Below are positions 14,401 through 26,323 of a stretch of DNA of 64,000 bases, piece after piece. This DNA is from Tubulanus polymorphus (lineage: Eukaryota > Animalia > Nemertea), in NCBI RefSeq assembly GCF_964204645.1, contig NC_134028.1:23556345-23620344 (forward strand), in the 5' to 3' direction. The notes below the pieces were generated by a model. It had not been told where the DNA came from. It did not search any database and saw nothing but the letters and a program-made list of their open reading frames with translations. The stretch's first letter is position 1; each line of letters starts with the position of its first letter. The position numbers were made by a program, and so were the translations under genes.

Positions 14401-14570
14401 TGGTTAACTCCAGCCAACTTTCGAGCTCCCAAAATTCTCCAACTTAAGAAAATCTACAAACCAGATTTATGAGGTAATCGAAGCACGTGAGGTTTCATTT
14501 CAGCTAAATACTGTTCAAATTCATTGTCGAGTTGTAATATTGTTTCAGCATCAGTTTCACTGCAAGCCAT
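5461..14570 (-). CDS. CEP112: Centrosomal protein of 112 kDa (multi-exon coiled-coil protein)
   Basis: ATG at 14570. Exons 14462-14570, 14208-14274, 14004-14121 and 13486-13533 give LDNEFEQYLAEMKPHVLRLPHKSECQRCALWIKKLCE...GRKNRNLYSQLLLHMLKKGTLEGPF...LPAYMSIYFDEP, the CEP112 N-terminal domain. Many coiled-coil exons follow. The last exon is DLEETIISLKSQVNSLQQRSSLLQDEL..., stop at 5461-5463. Confidence 0.92.
7183..7303. mobile_element. Short MITE family with CAGTTGCTCAAAAGTT TIRs (other copies approx. 399-510, 9025-9153, 14331-14426, 22568-22675)
   Basis: About 110-130 bp elements bounded by CAGTTGCTCAAAAGTT / AACTTTTGAGCAACTG, repeated in introns. Confidence 0.75.
10066..10359. mobile_element. 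About 240-bp palindromic insertion with hammerhead-ribozyme-like (Penelope-type) core and a 14-bp direct repeat
   Basis: Inverted repeat 10074-10313. AACTCCTTGATAAT at 10066-10079 and 10346-10359. Core CTGACGA-TGATCTC-TAGGGT-GAGATC-GAAACGTC is split between the arms. Confidence 0.7.
10739..10983. repeat. Fold-back element (TATAGACTGGTATC / GATAATACCAGTCTACA) with a tandemly duplicated left end
   Basis: AAATCATATGAAAACATGTCATAAATGCCTG...CAGGGGTTAACT occurs twice; the second copy is closed by an inverted repeat. Confidence 0.7.
12532..12819. mobile_element. piggyBac-like MITE (TTAA|CCCTTTCAGTGC...GCACTGAAAGGG|TTAA), nested in an older repeat
   Basis: Terminal inverted repeats with TTAA at both ends and internal TACACCGC..GCGGTGTA palindromes. 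Six copies in the window. Confidence 0.85.
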
Positions 14571-16381
14571 CGTGAGTCTGCAGAGTGTTGTTTCTAGCTA
14601 GTGTTGTATTATCTTCAGTTGAACTCCTGAGACCGAGTTGTGCTGCTGAGTGCTGTTCTGTAGTTTCTATAATCTACAATTACAATCCGCACAATTTTAA
14701 AAATTCATAAACGAATCTGAGAGCTGAGCAACGTAGAGTTGAGTATAATGACGTGAAGGGTTGGGATTTTTTATAGATGTTGGTAAGACAATACGAAGTT
14801 GTTACCCGTGTGGCAATCTCCACAACAGGTTAGACGTACGTGAGTTCCCTGCGCATGCGTCAATAATAATCTACGTACGTGTATGCATGAATAGGGTTAG
14901 GGTTAGGTGAGGCTATATGTAAATTGACTTTTGTCAACCCTGCAGTTGAGTTCTGTGGCTCAGTGGGTAAAGCAATGTGGACTTCCGCTGGATTTTTTTC
15001 ATTTGGTTTCAAATCCCAATATTGCAAGTCAGAATTCTACCTTTACTGTATTGTGTATGCGCCAACAACGTACTCACATACGGCTAACCTTTGGTAATCA
15101 CCGTACAGTCACGTACGGGTAACAACAGCGAAGATAATACTAATTAGACCTGCCAATAAAAAGAATTGAACTTGGAAACCCGAAAAAATGGGACGCGTTT
15201 GGGCACATATCGTCATCGACATCGATCAATTACTCTCTCAGTTCAAACACAGCGTCCAAAACACAGCAATAAAAGTGTCCTTCTTCAAAATAATGAATCA
15301 TTCCAAGTTATAAATGTTACCTGTTGGAGTAGTAGAAGTAAGAGGAAATATAAGACCGCAGACTTTTCAAAACTTTCGCCGTTTTCCGCTGGTAAACAAA
15401 CTCACGAAACTGATCGGCATGCGCACCGGACCGAACCGGACCAATAATGGGTAGCTCCGAGAATATCAAAATCTGAACATCCAAATTGGGCAGTGCTCTC
15501 AAATCAAACCGGGGAATATTCGTGTTACGGCACTTAGTATCCATCTGGGAATTATTCAATTTAATCGCTAAAACACTTTCTCAAACGCACTATTCTACGA
15601 AATGAATTACATTTGTAATACAAAATACTTTTAACTCATAATATCCAAATGAGGGCAGCAGTCCAACCGGGCGACCCATTGAGAGGGCACGAGGCCGGTC
15701 TGGGCCAGCACCGAGGATGTTGTTCCATATTTTAAACTTGAAAAAAAAAATTAGACTCGCTTGGGTGCTTTTTGTAACTTTGAATAAATTATTGGATTAG
15801 TAGATTGACTGATTTTTGTTTACTTTTGATGGCACCGTGTCCGTCAGAATCTAGAATTATGGACATGTTCGCGCCCGCGGCCAGGTCCATCATTCCAGAA
15901 AAAACCTGCAAACACAATGATCTGTTGTCGCTTGTAATAATAAGCAAGATCCGCCAAAATAGATTCTAAAATAGCAATATCCGAAAATATCAGTACGGAC
16001 CTCGTCAGCGGAGGTAAAACTTTTTTTAAATAATTTATTTCTCAAGTTTCTTTGTGTAGTTCGGCCTCGGAAAATCACACCCTCGGAAAACTTTTTTAAA
16101 GAATAAATCACACCCTCGGAAAACTTTTTTAAAGAATAACAAAAATATCTACGTCAGAAATTCGGAGACCCGATTAGTTTTGCGGAGTTTTACGAATAGC
16201 CTTCGGATTTATCCATACGGGTCAGTATGTCGAATAGCCACTTGATCTGCTGCTCTGAGACCGACGAGAGGCCACTAACCTATTGCATCTCCTCGTATAA
16301 ATTACTTGCTCCTGAATATGAACTATGCCTTATGAAGAAACCGTGAGCTTCATATCGAGTTGTCTAGATTAAGGTAAAAAT

Positions 16382-16388
16382 AAAAAAA
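16382..16388 (-). terminator. Pol III oligo(T) terminator of tRNA-Leu
   Basis: T7 run on the minus strand a few nt 3' of the tRNA. Confidence 0.7.
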
Positions 16389-16393
16389 CATCT

Positions 16394-16475
16394 TGGCAGC
16401 GGTGGGATTCGAACCCACGCCTATTTCTAGACTGGTGCCTAAAACCAGCGCCTTAGACCACTCGGCCACGCTACC
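16394..16475 (-). tRNA. tRNA-Leu (anticodon UAG)
   Basis: Reverse complement is GGTAGCGTGGCCGAGTGGTCTAAGGCGCTGGTTTTAGGCACCAGTCTAGAAATAGGCGTGGGTTCGAATCCCACCGCTGCCA: A and B boxes, anticodon stem CTGGT/ACCAG around TTTAGGC, long variable arm. Confidence 0.96.
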
Positions 16476-17119
16476 TAGTTATTAATAATGCAAACAGACA
16501 TTTAATATAAAACAACAATTACTAGCACGCGTAAATTGCAGCGTAAGATGACGTCAACTACGATCTAAAAAGTATCATGGCTGACCTTCCAAGAGATGAA
16601 GGCACGAATCAAGTGTATCGTGGGGATTTAATTTCAGGCAACATGACAGGTTCATTCCGTGATAGGGAATGCTGTTAGAGGTGTTAAACTTCATAGGGAA
16701 CAGTGAAGTAAGTGGTATTTCTATCATCTCTGTAGTGTGTTCGCCTTTGGTGGGTGGGTAAAAATTAAAATTATTTTTTATTTAATTTAGAGAAGTCACT
16801 GACTCATTTTTTTTCTCACTAAGATCAAGTTAACCGCTTTTTTTCTGGTGTGAATGTAATTGAATTTTTTATTTCAGAAAACAAAGAAGTTTGAGGTGAA
16901 GAATAAGGCGATATCGATTTCCGCAACACAAAAGGTGAAATTGACCCTGCGTGGTGGGTGGCACTGGCGGCATCCTTGAAGGACCGAAACAAGAAGAAAA
17001 GAGCTCGATCCTGACAAATAGCCGGAAAAATTTTAGAAGGAACTTTTTCTTTTAGACGGTCTGCAAGTGCGCTGAAGAACCTGGAAAATTCAAATTTTTG
17101 TAAACGAAATACGAGCGAA

Positions 17120-20100
17120 ATGTCGAGATTAGTTGAAATTGGATTCGCTCCATCTTCTTACCAGCAGAACGGTAACATGGCCGAGGATGAAGACAGCGAT
17201 CTCAGTGAAAATGAAGATTTCCCGATGGAGGCGTTATTCTCGGATGATAACGCGACGCCCAGCTCGCCGACGCGTCGCGAGGACGGCCGTAAATACGTCG
17301 CCACCGACGACGAAAGCGACTCCGACGAATTTCCCGCGTCGCCGAGACCGATGACCCTGCGACAAAGACGCCTGTCGAAGTCGGCGTTGCCGCGGATGCC
17401 GTCGTTGAACTTCGCGAAGAAATCGGCCCCGATTCGGATTTCGGACTCGTCGTCCAGTCCGAGTAGCAGTCCGCGTTTGAATTGGAAGAGAGCGTTTCAG
17501 AAACTGAAGAAATTACGCGATCCGTGGGCCGAGTTTCATATCGACTCGTATCAACCAGAAACAGCCATCAGACATAGATACAATGCATTGAAAAAAATCT
17601 GGGTCACTGACACTGTTTGTATTAAAATGGAAAAAACGGTAAGTTACAGTAAAAGTATAGGCCCCTATTACGCGGTCTCGATTCCATAAAAACTCATTCT
17701 AAATAATTCAAGGAAACTCCTAAATGTTCAAGTAGCCGCAGAAAAGGGGCACTTTTTCACCGTAAAAAGCCAGGGGCACTTATGAAAAATGACAGATCTT
17801 AAATGTGAAGTGCCTGGGTACCTGAATAATTCATTTGAGAACAGATTGCTTTTCATTTTATGAAAAAAAACCTGAAATTTGTTTCCAAATTTCGAAAAAA
17901 TATTTTCCCAGATTTTTTTTACGCTGGCTTTTTGAAGGGCACTCTGAAAATGTTAGGCGGGGTCTTTCGCTACATATGAACCCCCCCTCGGCACGCGCCT
18001 CGACAGGTTCAATTCCCTACTGAGTGAAGACGTAGATGCTGTAAATGGATTTATAATTAAACCCAAAAAAATTTTTTTTTAGACAATTTTTCATCGTTAT
18101 TTTCAGGCTTTCAATCACGGAGCGATGAGAGAATGTTATCGTCTGTAAGCTTCATTTTAAGAAATATTATTTCCTACGTTTACAAATCTGTGAGAATTAG
18201 TTTCAATTCTCTTCCTTTTTTTGTTACAGAAAGAAACAGTCAAACTTCAGTAATCGCAAGGGCTGGAAACACGCGCAGAACTACGTGGCGAAGATCTACA
18301 TGCAGGAAGTACCGCGCGAGGTCTACTTCGAAGATGTTAGACTTCAGATGGATGCCAAATTGTGGGGCGAAGAATACAATCGCCACAACCCTCCCAAAAA
18401 GGTATATTTGTGAAGCGATCATTGATGTAATTTGAAAAAAATGAAATCTATTGCACTGAAATTTTGGGTAGCAGTTTCACAATTTGAAATAACAATTCAC
18501 TTAATTTCTGATATGGTTTAAAATATTTTGTAGTTTAGGCCTAATTTATCCAAAATATAAACTAGATACATTACAATTCTAAAATACTCTATTTTTGATG
18601 TTAATACAAGGATTTTTGATGTTAATACAAGGATACTTGATTTTGCTATCATGAAATTCAAATTGTTTTTATGATATTTCATTGAAGAATTTATGGGCTT
18701 CAAATTGTTTGTTTTGTTTTACAGGTTGATATTTTCCAGTTGTCTATTCTGGAGTTTATGAATCGCGAAGGCGAGCCGCTGTATCACCTCGAACACTACA
18801 TCGAGGGTGAATATATCAAATACAATTCAAACTCGGGCTTCGTAGACGAGAAAATGAGGCTGACACCGCACGTAAGCTGAACTTAGATTTACATAATGTC
18901 TTTCTGATGAAGTTATGATGCAGTTAAGAATCTTTCTGTGAGAAATATTTGTTCGAATCTGTTGAATTGAAATTTAGAAAGGGATATTTTCTGACTTTGG
19001 TTTCTATAGATGTGTGGCAGTCTATTGTCTGAATAGAGTAAAACCAAAAATACATTCTCTTTGTTTATGTATTTTTGGTAAAACTCACTATCAAAATAAA
19101 AACTTTAAAAAGGTGTTTTTAACATTTCGATTCATTTGCTATAATGAGCCATTCTCAGATTTATACGAGATTTATACAAGATCATGAATGATAGGCCGAC
19201 TTTGGTTTCTATAGATAAGAGACATTCTATTGTCTGAAGAGAGTATAACTCATGATCAAAAGAAAAACTTTAAAAAGATGTTTTTAACATTTCGATTTAT
19301 TTGCTATAGTGAGCCATTCTCAAAACTGATTTATACGTTTCTACAAGATCATGAATGATACCTGTTGTAGCTAGGATACAATTTGAGAAAAGAAACATTC
19401 GATACGTTTTCTGATATTTTTCAGGCGTTCAGTCATTTCACATTTGAGCGTTCGGGCCACGAGTTGATAGTAGTCGATATACAAGGGGTCGGAGACCTGT
19501 ACACGGATCCTCAGATTCATACGTCCGAGGGTAACGAGTACGGCGACGGCAACCTCGGAACGCGCGGCATGGCTTTATTCTTCCATTCACACGTGTGCAA
19601 CACGATCTGTCAGAGTCTTCAACTGTCGCAGTTCGATCTCGCTAGTCACGAAATACAAGATCAACAGAAATTCATGAATGTAAGTTAGAAAATCAGCACT
19701 AGTTATTATTATCAACGCTGCCAACTAGGCCTGATTTTCAGTATTTTCAGAATTTCCTATTTCATAGGCCTAACAAGAATTACTGAGTCAGGGAATTTCG
19801 TTAAAAATTTAGAAATCAGGGGAAAGTCAGGGAAATTTGTTGAGATCGCTAGATCAAACAGTTTCTGTCTATGTTGTACGTATTTGAATACGTTAATTGA
19901 TTCGAAAAAGGGAAAAGCAAGTCAAATAAAAGTGGCCACCCTGTTAGTGCTCAAAAGTCGGATCGACATGTTCAGCCTTTTAGTCATAATATTATCATTA
20001 TAGTCATTATATCAGCCATTCAATTAATATCTAAAGGTCAATGTCTTTTTCAAACTCTCGTTCCGTATATTTTTGTAGAAAAATGCGATGACAGTCGTGC

Positions 20101-23100
20101 GTGGTTGCGAGGAGATGTGTTTGAGTCCGTCGCCGAAAGAGAAAATAGATCTGTCGAAATTCATCCGACAGCGCACGATTTCGCAATCGAGCGCGCTGTC
20201 CGCCGACGAGTCGGCGAGTCCGTTAGATTCCGAGAACGACAACGACGAAGTTCCCGCGTTTTTCCCGTTCAAACGTCGACTGAATCTGCGCTTCATCAGC
20301 GAGTCGGATCGCGATACGGTCACCGAGGTAAGTTTGTAGCGAATCGTTGTAAAAAATCGGATGGAATCTTTCGCTCGTGATATTTGGATGATAGTAGCTA
20401 GGTTCGATGATTAGATATTGTATAGTTAAATAGATATACAGTGGGTGTGTATAGTTAGGTAGTCGAAATAATGATCGATTTGAAATATATGATAAAATCC
20501 CACAATACGATGAGTCCAAAAAGTTTGCGTAAGCTAGTTTAACTGATTTCGACAATTCGATATATCCTCGTAGTCATTTTCATGAATATAACAAAATTGC
20601 TAAATATGTATATATACAATCTAGAAGAGACTTGCCGAGTGAAGTCAGAAGTGGGGGTAATACAATATAGAATAACTTAAGTTATAATAAATTTAGTTAT
20701 AAGCTAAAAAAATTGAAAGTTCTTTTCATATTGTGGAATTTTATGATATATTATCGTTGCAATGCGGACTGAAAGTTTCATCAAGATTTTACAAACTTGA
20801 ACTATTTTCTTTCTGTATGTAATGATGATTGTATTTTGAAGGGTTTGAGACAATTTTTGTTTTGATATCACTAATAACACTCAGAAAAATAGGGTAGCAG
20901 ATGAAAAAAGTGACCGAAAGAACAAGAACAAGTTCTTTTGTCTGACATTTTGCAATCTTGTTTTGATTAGATCTACTATCCAAAATTTTCGAAAAAATAA
21001 AAAGTTTGTTTTGTCTATTTGTGTCATTCACTATAGGCTATCTGTGATTCCTGGTAGTAGACGTATTGAGATCTATAGAAGTGCGTCACTCATAACAGTG
21101 AAACCTGTGTAAACATAGGCAAACATTTCATGGAATACTATACCTCCTATAGTGAAATCGACCGAATAATGTCAAGGTCGTGTAGTTATTATCTCCGTCT
21201 GCAAAACAACGTTTGAAAGCGGTCGGTCGATAAACGACAAACAAGTTCTTCTAATAAAAGATTTCATAGATTTTGATCGAAGATAAATACTTTGTCTTAC
21301 ATTTACAGAATGAATCTACCAGACGGGTATATGATATATGTTAATATATTCGTTAATTTATTCATATCATTAATGATTAAAAAGTTAGATTTTTATTCAT
21401 ACAGTTAATAATTAATTTATCATGTTTATTTACGTAGCTAACTCAGTAATTGACAGGGATACTTTTCCTATCACGAAATGATTTTTTTCAGCGAAAGAGA
21501 AATATATCATTGGAACCTCAGAATATCGATTATTCGCAACCAAATTTTCTCATTTGGGTCAAAAGTTTGTTATATTCAATAAGTTTTTCTGGTTTAACAA
21601 AGTTCCGCAATATATTTCACTTGAGAAAAATTATTTTCGTTATTCGATATTGAGTTATCCCCGCGAAAGAATTATTGAGACAAATATATATATTTAACTT
21701 CATACTCAAGATCTCACTGGGGCTTTGTTCATGGGCACTACAGTGATTTAAAAAAAAATGAGACAAGCAATTTGATTTCAGTCATCTACATGCCCCGATG
21801 ATGATGACGACGACGATGATATTAAGGATGATGACAAGGAGGTATTGTCAGGTCAAACTGAAATATTGTTTGTTCGCAGTAGTAGAACTCATTGTGTATT
21901 CAGTACTGCAAACGTTCATTATTTCAACGCAAAGCGATGCCTTGTTTTCAACGCTTTTTCTTATAGTTTACCGATTAAATTGTCATCGAGCCGCGTACGC
22001 TGTGTACTCATTTAACAGCCATTGACCCTTGATATTTCCTGCCAACATATTCTCGGTTCTTTTTGTATTTATATATCGTAGATTGCCTGATCTCGATCGC
22101 AATAAAAACCGGTTCTCTTTAATTGCGTATTTTTCATGAGAAAATCGACGGAATATTACATTTTAATAGCACTACTTTTTACTAACTAATAATGACCTGA
22201 AATTTCTTTTTTCGGATAGTGTTTAGTGTATTTATCAGTTATATTAAGTAGAATGATTTTTATGCTATTTGACGTATTGACTTCGAAACTAGTTTCAATG
22301 CATGATGGTTCGTTTCAGTTATCCTTAGGAGTTCAGTATTCTTTTAACTAAAAAAACCGAAGTAAACCAGATTTTTCCACATGACAGTCTGAGCCTGCTA
22401 ACGAATTCTACATTTTTCATCAATCCCCTAGATGGATGCAAAATTTTACACATTAACCCTCTCGGCATGCCTAAGAGTTGTAATAAGTTGAGAAGTCATT
22501 TTCAAAGCAATTTATGATAATCTACTAATATGGTATTGGGCATAATGTATATACAAGAATACGATAGGTCAGTTGCTCAAAAGTTGACCAGTGGAGGTGT
22601 GGCATAGTGACAATTATTAAAGCCCATTGGCCACTTCATTCGTTTACTTTAACTAACCTTTGAGCAACTGCCTCCAGACTTACGTATATCAGAACTACCG
22701 ATATTTTGAGATAGAAAAACCAAAGAATATCGTAGAATGCCATAGTCATTTTATGAGTATGACCGATGAGGCAGATCTCATAGGACGCATGCTACGTAGT
22801 TGATAGACTAGCAGCTCTGTCGGGCGAAATGTTACGATTTAATTATCTCTTTCGTTTGATGTCTTGTTTTTAGGAGGAAGATCGAATCGCTTTCAGAAAC
22901 GCGATGAGAAGCAAACACCGGCCTTCGTGTATAGCGCATGAGATACGTTTGAGGAGCGCATCAGCGATCAGCACTGATAGCAGCAAAGTCGTTGTTCAGT
23001 TCGACTCCGTTTTGGGCAATGTAAGTCGCTTATTTTGAGCCTGCTTCAAGTAAAACAACAGCAGGGATCGGATTGATGTGAAAAACTGTGAAGATGCGTG

Positions 23101-25104
23101 TCTGTTTCAAACTTGTAACAAAATCTGTGAAAAATCATGTGAAAAATTCAACACAAGTGTCTATAAAGATATTTTGATGTACAAGTTGTGTTAAAGTTTA
23201 AGAAATTTTATTTGAATCTGTTCAGATTGGGATCAGTAACCGCCTATTTTATTGTACCTTGATGTGAAAAAAATGTAAAAGTCTAGGGGGAAAAATGTGA
23301 AAAAATCCCTGGTACCCCGGTATTTTATTGTGAAAAATCTGAAATAGCAAATTGTAAGGTGGTGAAAAAATGTTAATACTCCTGAGTTCATCGATCTGAT
23401 CCCTAAACTACCCTTGTAATGTAGTTTCAAGTAAATGAAAGTGTCTTGCGTTGATCACGTAGATTCACCATGATCTCGCGAAATATCACGAAGCCGGACG
23501 ATTCGTGATGAACGATGCTGAAATAGATTGGGATGCAGCGTTATTCCACGAGGAGCACGCGGCTCAGCTCGGCGTGATGGACGCGATTATTACAATGGCC
23601 AGACTTTACTTAGGTTTACCGCGAGATGTGCTCATCAACTGCGAAGTTCAGGTTAGTTAGGCGTAAAACAGACCTAGGTAGGTTTCGATTGAATGTATTC
23701 CGGTTTAGGAATAGAAATTCCAGATTACAAACCTGCCGGCCGTTTCTATCAGGTTTACAGATTACGTTATTGCGGAATAGGGAGAGTGTATTCTGTATTC
23801 TGGTCGAAACTAACGCGCCATAAATGAATTCCGGAATTGGTAGATACCAATTGAAACCTGCCTTAGATTTCTTTAGAATAATGGGGTAAGGGGAAAAAAT
23901 GGAGCAGACCACACGACCATTACTATTAATAGCGCGGTTACTTTTACTTTTAGGGCTCAATTACTTTGAAGACTTAGTATTCTCAAAATCATATTGATTT
24001 CTAGTTCATTTTCAGTTGAAATACTGCTCAATATTTTTGATACCAAATTTCTCGTATCTGTCCGGGAATCTACTCTCAAAAAGAAGTGACAGGTAGTAAG
24101 TTCTGGTAGGGAGAGTCCTGGAGTATTGAGCGATCATCAGTTTTGCGGTTGTTATTTGTAGACTACTGATGAGAACATATCGATCGGTTTGCATTACATG
24201 GAAAAAGCAGCTGAAGGTGGAGACCGAGGATCGATGATTTTTCTCGCGAAATCATTTGAAACTGGTGAAAATGTTGGCGGACCGAGGTACGTAGTGCGTC
24301 ATGGGCGGATACTGTCTGTCACTCATACCGAGGAGTGAGTCATACCTCTAGGTGTAAATAAAAAACGAGCGTTCGGGGCCAAGAAATATTATTATTTTGA
24401 TGGCCATTCTGAGAGGGTGTAATTTGATTTTTGGAAGTACATGCGTGTATCTAAACCGGCCCTCGAGTTATGATCGAGTAGGATGTCTAGCCCCTGGACT
24501 ACTGGACTATGATGATGTATGTTTTTATCGTTCACAGTTTCCGCAATTGGAATAAAGCTGTCAGCTGGTATGAAAAGGCGGTTACGTATATGGATAACGA
24601 TCAAAGCGGGCAGTTCGACGGCACCTTAGATAATCCCATACATATCCTGCAAGCTAAACTGGCTGAAATGTTGAGGCGAGGTGGAAATGGATTGATAGCT
24701 GATCCTAATAAGTCAGGTATTTTAAACATGGCACAATCTGCGGACCAAAACCTTATACAGTCAACCCCCGATATACTGCCCACATCGGTGCAGAACGATT
24801 TTTCGGGGTATAGAGAGTATGGCGGTATATCAGGGGTGTTTTACTATATAGACTATTTATTTGTATTGAGTTGTACATCGAGAAAACCTGGCGGTAGGCA
24901 GGGTTGGCTGTATATGGGGGTTGGCTGTACTTTAAATCATAGATTGATATTCGTCTGATTGTGATATTGTACATTGTAGGGGAGTTATACACATCAGCCG
25001 CAGACAGCGCTACCGCAGCAATGAATGGTAAACTAGCAGCTAAGTATTATATGTTAGCAGAAGAGGCGTGGGCTGAATGTGAAGAAGAGGATGAAGAAGA
25101 ATAG
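17120..25104 (+). CDS. EEF2K: Eukaryotic elongation factor 2 kinase (alpha-kinase plus SEL1-like repeats)
   Basis: Exons approx. 17120-17638, 18106-18143, 18230-18400, 18725-18871, 19425-19679, 20079-20327, 22874-23020, 23463-23651, 24162-24286, 24538-24716, 24980-25104. Motifs [106 protein letters not shown], and C-terminal [15 protein letters not shown]. An alternative start is the ATG at 17177. Confidence 0.96.
18993..19360. repeat. Imperfect tandem duplication (unit about 205 bp) in an eEF2K intron
   Basis: GACTTTGGTTTCTATAGAT...TTTTAACATTTCGATT...GAGCCATTCTCA...CAAGATCATGAATGATA occurs twice, starting at about 18993 and 19198. Confidence 0.8.
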
Positions 25105-26053
25105 AGACAGGTAATCACTGTGAATACCGCTTGATATTAGAAATCATACAAGGCTTGATTTATACGATTCTTAAGAGTATCTTCTCAGGATACGAGATCC
25201 TCAATTGTCAGTATCCCACATCAAAGGCTTTTGATACAATATTTATACAAATCTAGACAGTATCCTCTTTGGATACGGGACGCTCCATTGTCATCCCGCA
25301 TCATAGTTTGATGATTTTACAGTTTGCCTTTGATGTAAGTTTCTAATCAAGAAAGCGCACAGCACAGAATGAGATTAAACATCTCCAAAAGTCGGGTCTT
25401 GATTTGAGATGAATTATTGAATTTTGTTTCAGGATGGTGGAAACGATGTTGAATCGACTGTGAATACGTGAACTGTTCGACTTTCAAAACGACTGCTGAA
25501 ATTCGACTTCGGGACTTCGAAATCTCAGCTACCCTTTCTTTATCCTTATCATTTCAAAGAATAAGTATCTATCCCTTCAGGTCCTTATATTAGTATTAGT
25601 ATCCCTCTCGATGGGTCTTTTTCATCAGAAATACAGTATTGGTAGACGATATGAATTGCACTGTTGTAGTAGCATCTCCACTTGAGAATACAAACAGCTG
25701 ATGTTCATCAAGGGTACGGGTATTCTTAAAGAGCTCTGTTAATTAGTCCTCAAATACAGATCAAGTGATGTTAGACAATGTATGTGCATTTGCTATGTAG
25801 GGAGTATTGTGTATTGTCTCTTATTGCGTAAAGGTAGAAATTGATCCGCACTGAAATCTATATCAAAAGTTGCCAGCTCTTATATGTCAATTGATTATGT
25901 CATATCGTTTGCACGAGTTTGAAGAGTTAGTTGGATTATGCCTAATCCGTTGACTGTCAAGCATGTATATAGACTGTAGATAGCTGTTAATTCACGCATT
26001 CTAACTTGTGTTGAATATGTTGTCACATGAAATGTCGTTACATTTGATTTTCG

Positions 26054-26323
26054 TTAACCCCTTCAGTGCTGACTATAGTTATTACCCGAAAGAGCTGGAG
26101 ATAATTTGAAAATTCCATCTCGCTGTGTGGAAAAACGGGCACACCGCTATTATGCGTCTACACCGCGGCGCGTATCGTTTGTTACTAATATTTCATGGTG
26201 CTGCCATCTTTCAATTGATAAAATCTAATTACTGATGATATCAATACGCCGTGATGCGGTATACTAGCAAAGCCCATCACCGATTTATACACCGCAATAG
26301 TGTAGATGCCCCGAAAGGGTTAA
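26054..26323. mobile_element. piggyBac-like MITE copy (downstream of the eEF2K stop)
   Basis: Same TIRs, TTAA ends and internal sequence as 12532-12819, more diverged. Confidence 0.8.

Noticed and set aside
14950-15030. tRNA-like A/B boxes as a functional tRNA
   Set aside because: No cloverleaf, and an internal T7 run would terminate Pol III.
16069-16139. Direct repeat of about 32 bp, considered as CRISPR-like
   Set aside because: Only two adjacent units without spacers in a eukaryotic context; a simple tandem duplication.
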